Part shown: positions 50,178 through 63,300 of the stretch, in pieces | How the letters are laid out: the number at the start of each line of letters is the position of its first letter | How positions within the stretch are numbered: the stretch's first letter is position 1 | DNA from: Gekko japonicus | Taxonomy: Eukaryota | Assembly: GCF_001447785.1 (NCBI RefSeq) | Contig: NW_015167536.1 | Location: 434,001 to 498,000, forward strand | Reading direction: 5' to 3' | Length of the DNA stretch: 64,000 nucleotides | Notes under the pieces: model-generated | Databases searched by the model: none | What the model saw: the letters and a program-made list of their open reading frames with translations, nothing else | What the model was told of the DNA's origin: nothing | Program-made: the position numbers and the translations under genes

Positions 50178-53100
50178 CTGTTAAAAATAATATTATTATA
50201 TAAGTATCCTCGGAATAGTAAAGAGAGCTTCCTAGTGTAAAGTCTTATTTTTTCCTCCCCCCCCCCAAAAAAGCAGGCTCTTTTGTTAATACAAGAATCT
50301 CTGTCCTGCACCCATAGAGGGGTCGTCTCCACAGTTCCCTCTTTATTATTTCCAGATTTTAATGTTTGCATTAACCTCGTAAAGCTAAGAGGGTCGGATG
50401 TCTCTTAACAAAAAAGGGGGGAAATTAAAAATAATCACCATATTCACCTGGGCGTCAGAGACATAGCGCCAAATCTCAGCTGATCATGGTAAAGACTCAT
50501 TTCAGAGTAAGGGATATCCTTACTGAGACACAAATGGCGTTGAAGCTGTTTGCACTCTCCTCGGGTGTAGAGTTTTCCCACGTGTCAGATATGTCAACAG
50601 AATATAATTTTAGGGAATTATCCCTGGAGCGAAAGCTCTCTGTGCAGGCTTTTCAAAATTTTCATACCAGCCCTTTAAGATTACCCAGCCTGGCCGGAGC
50701 TGTTACTCCACCACTTCATTCTTACTCAAGACTTTACTGTAAAAGTATCAGCTGAGTCCAATCAAAGCAAGATCAGCAAAACTACTTTTTTGGAGTGAGA
50801 GAGAGAGAGAGTGTGTGTGTGTGTGAATTTTGCTAGACTGCCTATGGCATTTTCCTGGGATTAGCCAGTCTCTCTTTTTTATCCAACCTTTGCGAGGTAT
50901 CTATTGGCATTTTGAGTGAAGAACTTTCGACAGTGCTACTCATACCCGATAGCCCCTGGCTTTTCCTTTTGACAAACGGAGGATCTCCCTCCCTCCAAAT
51001 AACTGTTCTACATACAGGCAGGCATCCACAATTCCATATATGCAGCCCTGGCAAAGCGTACATAGACATAAACACCTCGGATCTGAATTTGGGCGTGCAA
51101 GGATTTTCTGGGCAGCGGTAGGCGGCTAACATTGATCTGGCGAAGGTGTGTGTCTTTGTTTGGGGAGGGAAGATGTTTCGCGATCCTAGAAGCCTATTTG
51201 TGTCAGAGTCACATAACGGTTTCCTAGATGCTCGGGTGGAAACGGTAGCAGACCAAGAACGCTTTCCAGCAAACAAACAAACAAACAAAACCCGTCTTTG
51301 CTTCCATTTCCCCCCTCTACATTCTCCGTTACATGCCATTGAACCCTGCAAATTCTTCGATGCCAAACTGTAAACTCTATTTCCAGATTTTACTGTGGAC
51401 ATTAGAAGAGAAACGGAAATTAAAAGACCATAGGCAAGGAAAGAAAAGGAGAGGGGGGCGAATAAAAACCAAAGACAGACCCAACATGGCCTTGAATATG
51501 AAATCTCGTATTGGTGGCAAAACAGATCTCCGGGGGGGGGGGGGGATTAAAAAGAAAAGTTTGAAAATCTAAACTGGACATAACCGAAATCCATCGTTTG
51601 CTTGAACTGGTGTATCCACATTAAAGGGAGAAAAATAACCTTTTTGTTCCCCTGTTTTCTTCCAATTCCAAATTCAAATGCAAATCATGTTTATGCAAAA
51701 AAAAACCCCCCAATTTGACTCTGAAGAAAATAGGACTTGATATGGCATAAAGACAACACTTTCTCTCTCTCTCTCTCTTTTTTTGCAGATACCTTGGTAG
51801 AGATTTTTCATAACCTTGACTTTGCAATTTTCCCCCATCCTTGCAATAGAACAGGCGGGGACTCTTTGATTCTTAGCTTTGCCGAAAACAAAGAATGGGA
51901 AATCCATTTTTTGACTTTTGAAAATAAATACATACAAAGAATAACCTTTAAGTGATTTTCCGTGCAATGTCATATCAGGTGAGAAACAGCGGATGAATTG
52001 CCTGCGTTCTCTTGGTGGTACCCAGACAGCCAGCGCATCTATGCATATGTATGGATGAGGGCATACACACGTACATACGTACCACAGGTATGTATGTATG
52101 AATCCTATGCACGTGCCTACACAGAGCTACAGATTTCCCAAGCGTACATCTCTCTCTTCTGCTTGTTTCCAAAGTATGGCCCGTGACCATCTGAGAGGAT
52201 CTCAACCCGCGCTCCAAAACAAATGTATTTCAACGACCTCGCTTTCATCGAAATTCGGTCTTAGTTGTCTGTGGGTCTAGAGACATTTCATGCCACACTG
52301 AAACGCATTTAGGCGCCTCCTTCCCCCCCCCCCCCCCCTGTTTTTGGCTCTGGATCTATTCGAACCGTTCTTTTCCCAAGTGGATTTAATTAGGCACAGA
52401 GAGCTTAGCGAGGAAAAATTGGCTGTTGATTGGAAAGGCACAAGCAAACATTCGATGCAACGCTCGTCATCACTAAAAGACTCATTTTCTCGCATCCCCT
52501 AACTTCAAACTGATGGTCCAGACACGTAAATTGGGTGGTGGGGTGTGTGTGTGTGTGGGGGGGGAGCGCTTCCAGCCCAAGCAAGACTCTGGATGCCGGG
52601 AACCGCCGGTTATCAAAGGGGAATGCAGCCATGATAATGAAACTCAACAATCAAGTCCAGCCTGAAGTGTTTAGCAAACCCATTCTCATCGCCCTCTCTC
52701 TCTCGCCCTCCCCCACTAAGCAATCCAGGCTCCGCAAGTTTAAAAATAATGATGATGATGATGATGATAAAAACAGCAACAGCAATTTTCTACCCAGGGA
52801 GAAGAGGGGAGAAAGGGGGTTAGGGGACCCAGAAACACCATCAACAACGACAGCAACAAGACCCCTGTCTACCCCAAACAACCCTGCCAAACACTCTGCC
52901 CGTCCGAAACGCCATTCGTTCGCGTTCAGATCGTTTGAGCGACCACCTGGCCACAACCTGAACTTAGCAGAGATCAACCAACGACGTTGCTGGCAACTTC
53001 GCTCTTAAGCACGCACAGTCTAACACAAACCACCTCTAGGAAAACAATGCAAATGGAGTTTAGACATTGGTGTCTGAACACATTTTGAGTGCTTCCCCTG

Positions 53101-53331
53101 CANNNNNNNNNNNNNNNNNNNNNNNNNNNNNNNNNNNNNNNNNNNNNNNNNNNNNNNNNNNNNNNNNNNNNNNNNNNNNNNNNNNNNNNNNNNNNNNNNN
53201 NNNNNNNNNNNNNNNNNNNNNNNNNNNNNNNNNNNNNNNNNNNNNNNNNNNNNNNNNNNNNNNNNNNNCTGGCGGATGGTGACTTGGGGAAAGCTCGATA
53301 ACGCAACCTATGGAGAAGAGTGCGCCCTTAC

Positions 53332-54184
53332 CTTTCGCTTCGTTGTCCGAATTGTCAGTGCTGGTGTCTGTGCATTTGCTCAGGTCCTTCTCAGATTCCG
53401 ACGGACTGATTTTGGCCACGGGGAGACTTTTTTCGGTTTTGATTTCGTTGGCCGGCGTGTTCTGAGGGTTCTCCGGCTTTGTGTTTTCAGGGAAGCTGAC
53501 TTTAGCTCCGGGTTGGGGAAGTGGAGTTGGCTGCTGCGGCGGCGGCGGCTGCGGCTGTGGTGGCTGAGATGGTGGCGGCGGTGGAGGTGGTGGCGGAGGT
53601 GGTGGCGGCTGCGGTTGCTCCAGATGCTCACTCCTCTGGCTGAGGCTCGCCCTGGGTTCGAAAGTTGCCTCAAACTCGGTCGGGTTGTTGCAGTTGGACG
53701 CCTTCTCCATGGAGGAATAACCTTGGCTGGCGCGGTAGTAGCTGGGCACGGGGACTTCATGGTCACTGAGGCAAGATTCAGGCATCTGACTGGGGTAGAG
53801 GGTCGCCTCGGTGGCGTTTTTAGCCCTTTTGTCTGCGTTGTACATGCAGCAGGCATTTTCTTCCTTGACATTGGTCGGGAAAGAGCAGGAGGGGAGTTGT
53901 CTCGCAACAGGTTGTTCGATTCGGTAAGTATTTTTGGGGTCACACCAGGTGTCTAGCTGAGAAAGGTAAGATGGATAGGTGCTGAGAGACAGGCTGGCGT
54001 TATTCACCTCGTCTCTTTTGGAAAGAGACGGGATGATTCCACAGTTCCTCATCATCCCACAGTTGAAGTCGTTCCCAGACTGCATGTACATTCCTTGGTT
54101 AGAGGAATAATTCTCCCCTCTGCAGGTACCGGCTAACGAGTCCATCAAAAACGAGTTAGAAGTCACATTGTTGGGACATGACAT
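53332..54184 (-). CDS. HOXC10: HOXC10 exon 1
   Basis: MSCPNNVTSNSFLMDSL...CSFPTNVKEE...VPVPSYYRAS...SDNEAK. Donor G|GTAAG at 53332/53331. Confidence 0.96.
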
Positions 54185-54264
54185 TTTCAGAGAGGGATTT
54201 TAAAGAGGAATACTACGGCTAGGGGCTGACATCTTTTTTTTAGGGAAAAATATCAGCACCATAA

Positions 54265-54360
54265 TTATCCACGCATTGGTCCCAACCACGTGACGGCCAG
54301 GCCAATGAGGATTGAAAATGGCCTTGATGATTCAGACGCCGGTGACGTCACCGGGGTCAA
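54265..54360 (-). promoter_or_regulatory. HOXC10: HOXC10 proximal promoter
   Basis: Two CCAAT boxes flanking an E-box CACGTG (54287-54292), a YY1-like AAAATGGC, and a CRE-centred palindrome at 54339-54354. Confidence 0.65.
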
Positions 54361-57300
54361 GTTGTTGGGAGAGGAGAAAACCAGCGTGGAGCAACAGCGA
54401 CATCTATCAGTTTGTGAAGGGTAGGGAACCCAGGACCTTCACGTTGAACAAAGGAGAGAGAGAGAGAGAGAGCGGGAGAGAGAGAGGAGCCCCTTTCCCT
54501 CCAGTTTGTTTACCAATGAACGAACGCGTGTCTACAGCAGAGTGGGGGGAAAATAAAAGGAAGCCAACGCGTAAATAGAGGCAAAGTCAAATTCAAATTA
54601 AAAGGTCAGCAAATAATCAACCTTCCTCCCCCCTTTTATTTCTTTCCCCCGTTTCCCTTCTTTATTCCATATCCCTCCTTTTGAAATAAGTCCAATTGCT
54701 TGAGGAAGTGATTAATCCGTCCCAAACCCTAAAGGAACTTTTTTCATTATTTCCACTTACCACAAAACCCTCTTCTTTGTTTCGTTATCTTTCGCCTCCC
54801 CCCCCCCCCAAACCTGAAATGCCGGCACCTTCAGAAATATTTGTGGTCCATCAGGAATACTTTTTGGGCAGATTCGGGGTGGATTTTTGTTTTAATTGGT
54901 GTTTTCAAAGTAGGTGATTGAGAATAATTCCCTGAATGTAGAAGCAAGAAGGTCTTTAGGATTCTTTTGATTTTTATTTTTTTTAAGCTGTCTGAATCAG
55001 ATAAATATAGGGTACAGTCAGGAGGTTAGTTTATTCATTTCAGGGATTGCCTACGCGAAAAAAGAGTTTAGGAATTGAAATGGGAGCTAGTTCGGATTGA
55101 ATTGGATTACCAGAGGTCATTCTTTGCTTTCTATTTTTTAAAGTTTCGTGTCTGTATTCCCTCCTACCTGCACGTCGAAAAAGGAACTTCCACGCCCCTG
55201 AATGAAACGGATTTTAATTTTTTTTTTAAAGCCCACGCCTTTAAAATCACTCGGCACTCTCGAACTCTGTACAGGTTGTCTCGTAACTTTACAGAACTGT
55301 ATCATAATAAATATAGGGCTGTGAGCCATTATGGAATTTTGGGAACTATCGGTACAAATCTGGATTTTTTTAAAAAAAAGTATCCGACAGATTGTTATAC
55401 CAGATAAAATAAAATGTCAAAACGGTGGTTTGATCAAGTGTTTTAAGGAAAGCTTTTTCTGGAAGCTGTCCGAGCAGGCAGGGATTTATTTGATTGGGGT
55501 TCCCCCCCCCTTGAAGGAATTCTCTGCCAAAACAGATATGTTTATTTCTTCTCAGTTAAATCCTCTCCTCTTTGTTTGACCCGCTTACCTTTTTACGAGT
55601 TTAGAACTCTCTCTGGTTCGCTTTCTCGCTCTCTCTTTAAAGCTAAGGAGCTCAGAATGATAACTGGGCATTTCGAATATAAAGGTATGTTAAACTAGGT
55701 GCTTCCCTCGTAGCCGTTTCCCTTTATTAGACGTTTTCTAAACCGCGTTGCAATTAAGTCAAATTGTTCTTCGGTGTATATGAAATTGACTAACGTGATG
55801 TAATCTCGCTTTGACAGCGCTGTCGACGGTGTGTCCCCCCCAACCCCCGGACAAGTATTAGACACTTCCCAGCCAAGGCCATGCAAAAGAGACGAGGACT
55901 AAATAACCAATGTGAACACTCACGCTAGTAACGAGCAAAGCGAGGACAGAATTGGCCAAAGGGAACTGGAATCTCAAGATCATTACGAAGGATTACAAAC
56001 CTTAAAGGGTTCATAGTCATTTTCAAGGGGTGGGAGGGAAGGCTTTTCAAAAAAAAAAAGGGGGGGGGGGAGAAAACTAGTGGAGAAAATTACGCCAGAA
56101 AGAGGATTGGGTTGGGGAAGTGCGGAACTTGACCAATTCCAGTGATATATAATGAACTGAAAGGGCAGTGTGCCCTGCCTAAAGCCGCCAGATCTTCTAC
56201 TAAAAAGAAAAAAGGGAAAGGGGGAAAAATGTTTTCCACAAAAGTGGCTTGCAATGCCATTCGGCAATTGCTTGGGGAAGCTATGCAGGCTGGGGCCCAC
56301 ACTTAACTCCCCCCCCCAGTCTTCAAGGGTGAAAAGTTTTAATATCTCAGGCCAAGGAAGTCTTAAACGACATCATTCTATTTGTCTCCGACCCCCCGAC
56401 CCCCCCCCCATCCCTCCAATCCAGCCGGCTAAGACAAGCCGGCTAAGAGCTTCTCCTGCACTTCCAACGCCCCGTTTGCTTCCCCCTTGGAAAGCTATTT
56501 GCGACTTTTACAGCCTCTATTTGTGTTATCTGCATAGGTCTTTTTAAAACAGTTTGATAGAAATCGTTCAGTTTTATGATATCCAACGAAAATTCCACAT
56601 AATATTTATAAGCAAAGAATAAAACTTTAGCATGGGAACCAATACTTCCTCATTTATAGGTGATGAAATTAAAGACCAAATGCAGTTTGGCATTATATGG
56701 CTTTCCCCGTACTCTCTCGCTCTCGCTCTCTCTCTCCCCACCCCCTTTCCCTCTTTATTTTTTTGCAGATCATGTGGCTAACTCCATAAGTTTAGGCTGT
56801 GAATCCCCTATGCGTTTCCTCACATGGTCTTTGGGGAGACCCAAAACTGGACCTCTTTTGCTGGATTCTCTGAGTGGGAGAGGGGAAAAATGCCTTTTAT
56901 ATCCTTATTTACTGCCATGCAGTCTTGCCTGTGTTATATTCTCCCTCCCCCTTAGGTAGCAGGAAGAGAACTGTATAAACCGCAGTGTGGTGAAACCTGT
57001 CAAATAATTTGATTTTTATCCTCTTCACAGAGCCACAGACGGCCAAGAAATTTGCAGCGCGTTCGACGTTGTACCCATATCCCTGAAGACAACACAAAGA
57101 GGGCTGCGAAAATGTGTAAAGCTGGTGCAGATTTAAAATAATAATAATAATAATGAAGCACGAATCGTGTTTACTGGTATTAGTTTCCTCTTGGGATGCT
57201 TTAGATGTTTCCAAAGAGCATGGGGTGTATCCGAAACGATTTATTTATACAAACGTGCAGAATCTCTAGCGGACTGACGTTCAAAGTCTCCCCCCCCCAA

Positions 57301-60300
57301 AAAAAGATGGAGGATCTGGAGGAAAGGACCCACTTTTAACTAAATGCGTTTCTGTAGTTCATTCCAGATCCTTCTCTAGTTTGGCAGGCCTTGTTGAGGC
57401 AGGAGCGCCGGGGAACAGTCTCCAAGAGAGCGAATATTGTTTAAAGTTAAAAATAATTAGAAGTATGATAAACATGGGTCATTAATGGGGAGAGAAATAA
57501 AATTCATCAGCCTAAGTAGGACCCCCGTTGGGAAAAATGCTTTCGTCTAATTGCAGAGAATAAATACCAACAAATGCTATTAAACTTGGGAAGGAGAACG
57601 CCTGTGCGGGGCATAAATAGACCACAGCAGCTTGTACAGGGCTTGAGCTCTTGGAGAAACCCAATGTGCACATCCAACATATAACCCACCTCTTTTAAAA
57701 AGAAACTGGAAAAGGGGGAGAAGTTTACACCCTTGGGATATTTGTGTGGGTTCACCTAGGGACCGGAGTTGCTCGCTGCCTTTATTCTCTTGTGTTGGGA
57801 CGGTCCGGAATGGGTTTACCCGAAGTAACGTTTGGACTGAAGGGAAGTAAAAAGTGACTTCTACTGAAGCAAAAGTCCACAGAAAACAGCCAGGGGAGGG
57901 GGGAGGAAATTGGAAGGTTACTTCCCATTCTTTCTTTCAATGTCTGGGTTATATGAAGCAAGCTGCAGACGGTCCCCTATTGTCTCTGGTGTCTGATTGC
58001 CCTTTCTGAATGCCAAAGGCAGACAGTTCAGTGGACCCAAGATAAGAAGTCCTCTCCATCCAGTTCCCCTTCGCTTCACTAGGGTGGGAGACGGGCGGGC
58101 AGGCGGCTGGGAAGGGGGGAAGTTGGGGGGGAAATGCACACACACATAACCAAGAGCCGCGCATTCCCCTTTAAAAAAAAACCCTCAAGGCATTTGTTTT
58201 TGTTATTTTTAAAAAATATGCACGTGTCTAATAACTCACACCAAGCCCATCCCAAACTTGCACATAATATTTTACCTGTTCCCTTTTTCCTTTCTAATTA
58301 TTTAACCGTGAGTTATGCTCGGAAAGAGCCTCTTGCGCCCACTGTATTTTTACCAACTTTTTTTTTTTTTTGCCCCCTTAACGTTTTTATGGCAAGCATT
58401 CATTTTCGCTTCTAGGAAGTATTTGGTAGCAACACTTTAATGATTACCTTAAATTTGTATTTTCTTGCCCGGTATTATGCCCTGTGTTGTGGCGGAAATA
58501 ATTCTGATTTATGGCGAAGTACACTAGAGTACAATAACAGTGATGCAAAAATAAAACCCACGCCTTTAGATGTTGGCTTAGAAACTGTAAACTATCACCA
58601 CAAGAAATCTATCAAACTTTACAGTCCCTCTTATACCGCTTCCTTCTTTCAGAGTAACTTAAGTCAAAGAATTATGGAACCATATCATGTTCCTGAGGTG
58701 GTATTGTGGGGGGGGGACGTGCTCCAGTTATTTCTGCCCCCAACATAGACTCACCAACCGACGGGGTTGAGTTGGGTCACTTGCCTTTGTGCCTGGGTAG
58801 TAGAGCCCAAAGTTGAGAAGAGAGAAACTCCGCATTCACACTAGGTGCCGACATCACTTATGTGGGGTTATATGTGTGGCTACCTAGACGTGGTGTGCGT
58901 GCGGGGTTGTATGGGAACTCTGGGTGCACAAACGGGATACTACTATTGGAAAAGTCACGGTTGGAATTGTTCGTGAATACAATTAGTGTATTAAGTTTCA
59001 CTTAAGCACATAGACTGTGAGCGGTGGGACAACCATGTACCTATCAAGTCTTAAGATGTATTCCTATACTATAGTCAATAACCCCACCCCACCCCCCAGG
59101 TTACAATTTTAGGAGAAACGTGGAAAAATAAGAGGCACTGAAACAAAACTACAAGTTAGGAAGTTTATTCCGGAAAACAGAACAGACATTAAAACAGTAT
59201 TAGAATTAGGTCACAGTGGGGTGGAAAGACATGGAAAATGGGACAAAACTGTGAAAACGTTCATAGAAGAGGAGTCGAACTGCTAGATCTCTCTCTCTCT
59301 TTCTTTCTGCTTCTCTCTCTCTCTTTCTTAATGCTGGATGTGTGACGAGCTTATAAATGCCAATTATTGAAATAAATTTGCGATCAAACATGAAAGGAGG
59401 ACCAGAGACAATTCTATAAAGTACTGAGCTATAATAATGTACCTTACCACATCTAAAGTTTTCTTATGCGCTTCGTTTCTTAGAGGGTATAAGGAAGCAT
59501 TTCGGACATACACCGGAGTGGGGTCGGTTCCTAGAAATTATTCAACTGGAATACGAGAAGGGACACTTCCCTAGGAAAGGGATAATGGAAATACTTTGGG
59601 GGAGGGTGAAAAAGGATAGGGTTAAAATATGTCAAATTAATTCCGTAAAGCTGGGGGGGGGGAAATGATAATTATGACAACCCCCCCCCCCCCCCCCCCG
59701 CACGCTGTGTTGACCACCAAGAACATCTTGGTAAATATGGCACAAAAACGGATTAAGCGGTCCTTTCGAAATCCGTATACCTCCCGGCGCTTTGCCAGCC
59801 GCCCCCTTTCCATTTTTTCTGCACAATGCCCTAGGTGTTGGGATCTCCTTCTCTAGGGCCAGAGGTTAAAACAATACCGCGCGTATAGGTCCCTCTAAGC
59901 TTGTTTCCTGCCTCGATCGGTTCCGAAGATTGGTAGTCCGCTGCTGCGATACATATTCCTGGTTTATTCAGGTAATTGGCATTTCAGCAATAGGTCTTTG
60001 CGCCAAGGCAGAACAAGCTCCGAGGGGTCTGGAAATCGGTCTGTCTCCCGTGAAACACCCGCGCCCTTCCCCACAAAGGGCCCCGCACCCCCGTTCCTGG
60101 GGCATATGCGTTTGATCCTGCGCTTGGAGTCTATACCATCGGATCAGTTGCTTTTAGCCAGTCCGGAAACCACCGCAGAGGGGTCGCGTTTAAAATATTC
60201 GAAAAAATAATAGCTGCGGGGCGGGGGGGGGGTCTGCGCAGGTACCTCTAAAATCATCTTTCATAAAATAAAATCATTTTTAAATAATCGCTTTAATCAG

Positions 60301-63300
60301 TTGAGCAGATTTGCACCCCGGCTTCCTTTCCGCCTACGAAAGGTACGCATGTTCGTCCGACCAGAAACAAGTAAAAGAAAAAAAGAAAAGAAAAGAAAAG
60401 AAAAGAAAGAAAAGAAAGAAAAAATCTCTCTCTGTGTGTCTCTCTGACTCTCTCTCTCTCTTGCCAAAAAGAAACGAGAACTACCTTTTGCCCCCACTAC
60501 CATCAACAACGCGATCAATTTTCAGGCGCTGCAGCAGGGAAAAAAAAGATTCAAAAGTCTTAGGAGGCTGCGAACCGCATTCTTACGGGTTCATGTTGTA
60601 ATTGAGGGGTTATCAAAAGCAGAGGGACGTGCTCGAGCCGAACATATGCTGAACATCCGTAGAGTTCCCAACTTTATTAAAAGCGTACAAACAGGGCCTT
60701 AATGAGACGCCATTTTGAGGCGTGTGGGTGGGTGGGTGCGTTTGGTGTGAGTGTAATAATCTAAAAGCCTTCTTGCGTTCCTGCTCCCCCCCCAAAAAAA
60801 AAGTTCGAATTTGTAGAATTCTCTTAACTCGATTGCGTCCCGAAAACCACAGTTGCCCCCATGTGCTCAAACAAATGCCACAATCCCGCATTTTTAAAAA
60901 GGCCTTATATCCTACCTCCCTTTTATCTAATCTTGTGCTCATCAGAGGTATTTTTTTAAAAGCAGGAGGTAAAATTAATCGTACATTCAATTATGCATAG
61001 TTAGGGGGAGGGAGGGAAACAGTTAACGACCCACAAGAGTCTCTCAGCGGCAGAGCGCTCCGGCAAAAACGGGACGAGGAAGGTATTTTATTTACAGATC
61101 TCTCCGTCGGAGCTCAGGGGTCCCTCCCGCAGAAGTTACTGGGAAGCAAGGGAGCAAAGTCGTTCCCCTCCCCTCCCCCAGTCCGCCGCCAAGCGAAGGT
61201 GGGCTGCCGGGAGCCGGTTAAGCTTGCATCAAGTCCACTTGCCAAAGCCACTGTCTCCGTCCCTCGGGGGGGCTTTCCAGTTCCGTCCTGGCCAAGTTTC
61301 CGAAGCCAGCATCGGGTCCCTGCGGAAATTTCAGCGGGCAGCTGGGCCCAAGGCGATGGTCTGGTGGGCCTTGGCTTGCATGGCCGGCCGGGGTTACGCA
61401 GCCTACGTGATGTCACCGAAGAGGACTCGCCCCCGGGAAAGCCTGGCCTGGCTACACAGTCAAGTTTATGGGGCCTCGACTCCAAAACTCGAGAAGAGGG
61501 GAGTGTTCACACACACGCAGCTGGGGAACCCTTCGCGGAGAAGCGCGGGTGTGGCCGGTCGCCTGTGTGCGTGTGAAGAGCCCTGTCCGACGGGGCTCCA
61601 GCCCTTCCAACCACAAGCAAAACAAAACTATATGGATGTATAGCACGCAGGCACACAAACACACACCCGCGCGCACGTTCTCCCCAATCTTGGAATCCCC
61701 ATCCACTACACAGAGAGGGGGACAGAAGACGCTAACCGAGCCCCCCACTCCCTGCGCTCCCCTCCCGAGTCCCGACACAGGAGCCTTCTCTCCAAAACCC
61801 GAAGAAGACCACGGCCGGCCCTCACCTTCCTCCCACTGAGAGCTACCATCTCCCCACCAAGTCACCTACTGGCAGCTTCCCATACGTTATGGAAGGACTC
61901 CAGGCAGGGACAGGAAACAGGTTGGCTTGCCGGGTGTTTGTGCGTCACCCGGAGAGGTCCTCCGCAATTAGCCCGGAGGATCATTAACGCGGCTTTACAC
62001 CGGCATCCCCCAGCCTATGAGGGAGCCCTGATCCGGACGGACCTTCCGAGCGAAAAAAATAAAAGTTGTCCTATGCAAAGCCTCGAAATGCCTGCTAGAA
62101 AATTTTAAAAGGGGGGGGGGAGGAGGAGGAGGAGGAGCAGGAGGAGAGAAAGAGAAACCCGGGGAAAGGGGGGGGGGGCTTGTAAAACTTTTATGCCAAA
62201 CAAAGTTATAAAAACTTTCCATGCGTTAAGATATCAAAAGGTTTATAACAATAATAAAGCGCGTATGCGCCTTGAGTTGGCGGCGGCGGCGGGGTGAATG
62301 CGTGTTAACCTCCTTGCAGATACACTAAACCCACGGCGCTGGCTGAGTTAAATATTAAGTGCCATAAACACCACAGCTTGGTTCGAAATTTTTATTTTTG
62401 TTTGCTGTTTTTCTTTTTTAAAATGCTCTGGCCTCCCCCCCCCCCCGCGCGCCACAGCANNNNNNNNNNNNNNNNNNNNNNNNNNNNNNNNNNNNNNNNN
62501 NNNNNNNNNNNNNNNNNNNNNNNNNNNNNNNNNNNNNNNNNNNNNNNNNNNNNNNNNNNNNNNNNNNNNNNNNNNNNNNNNNNNNNNNNNNNNNNNNNNN
62601 NNNNNCCCGCCCCCCAAAACAACCAGCATAATCCCGGCGTACAAAGCGCCCTTGGCTCTTGGCGCCTTCCGCCCCTAGACCCCCAAATTTCAGAGAGGAG
62701 AGAGCCGAAGAACTCCATTGCAGGGCTTTAAAATTACACCCTATTCCTAAGGAGAATGGTACCTTGACTCCCCCAGTGAAATACCCCCCCCCTCCGAAAA
62801 GAAAAACAGTCCAAGGCACATTAACGGGTTATCCCTACCTCGCACTCCTGGTTAATACCCTTGTAAAGTCCCACATGGTCTATAAACTTGGATTTTACAA
62901 CTGGCATTCCATTTTAGCTCGAGAAAACTTTGAACTAGGCCTCCAGTTTCATTGTGTCGCAGCCCCAGCAAAAGCCAGAGAAGGGGAGGGGGGAACGGGG
63001 AGGGGGGGGAAGCAGAGGGGGAAGTGAGAGCGTGTGGGTGGGTGGGGGGAGAGAGAGAGCTGGAAGAAAGCTCGGCTAAGACGCCCTGATTTGTTTACTA
63101 TTTACTGCGGAAGTCTTTTTCGATGGCCAGACGGGGGTAATTAAGGGAGGGGGGAAAATTAAGCTGTTTAGGGCCGCAGTCTTTATTACAATGTCTAGAC
63201 TTGTCGCCCCCTTTGTCCAGACAAACCGCCGCAGTTACGGGATATTTAAGTGGGCTTTTTGACCTGGCCGATACCTACCTCATTGCGCCTAGGTTTAACC

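Noticed and set aside
53060-53331. 3' part of the 374-aa HOXC10 ORF
   Set aside because: Read-through past the GTAAG donor into the intron and an N gap.
53276-53956. 226-aa Arg/Trp-rich ORF on the + strand
   Set aside because: Antisense shadow of HOXC10 exon 1 and its proline tract.
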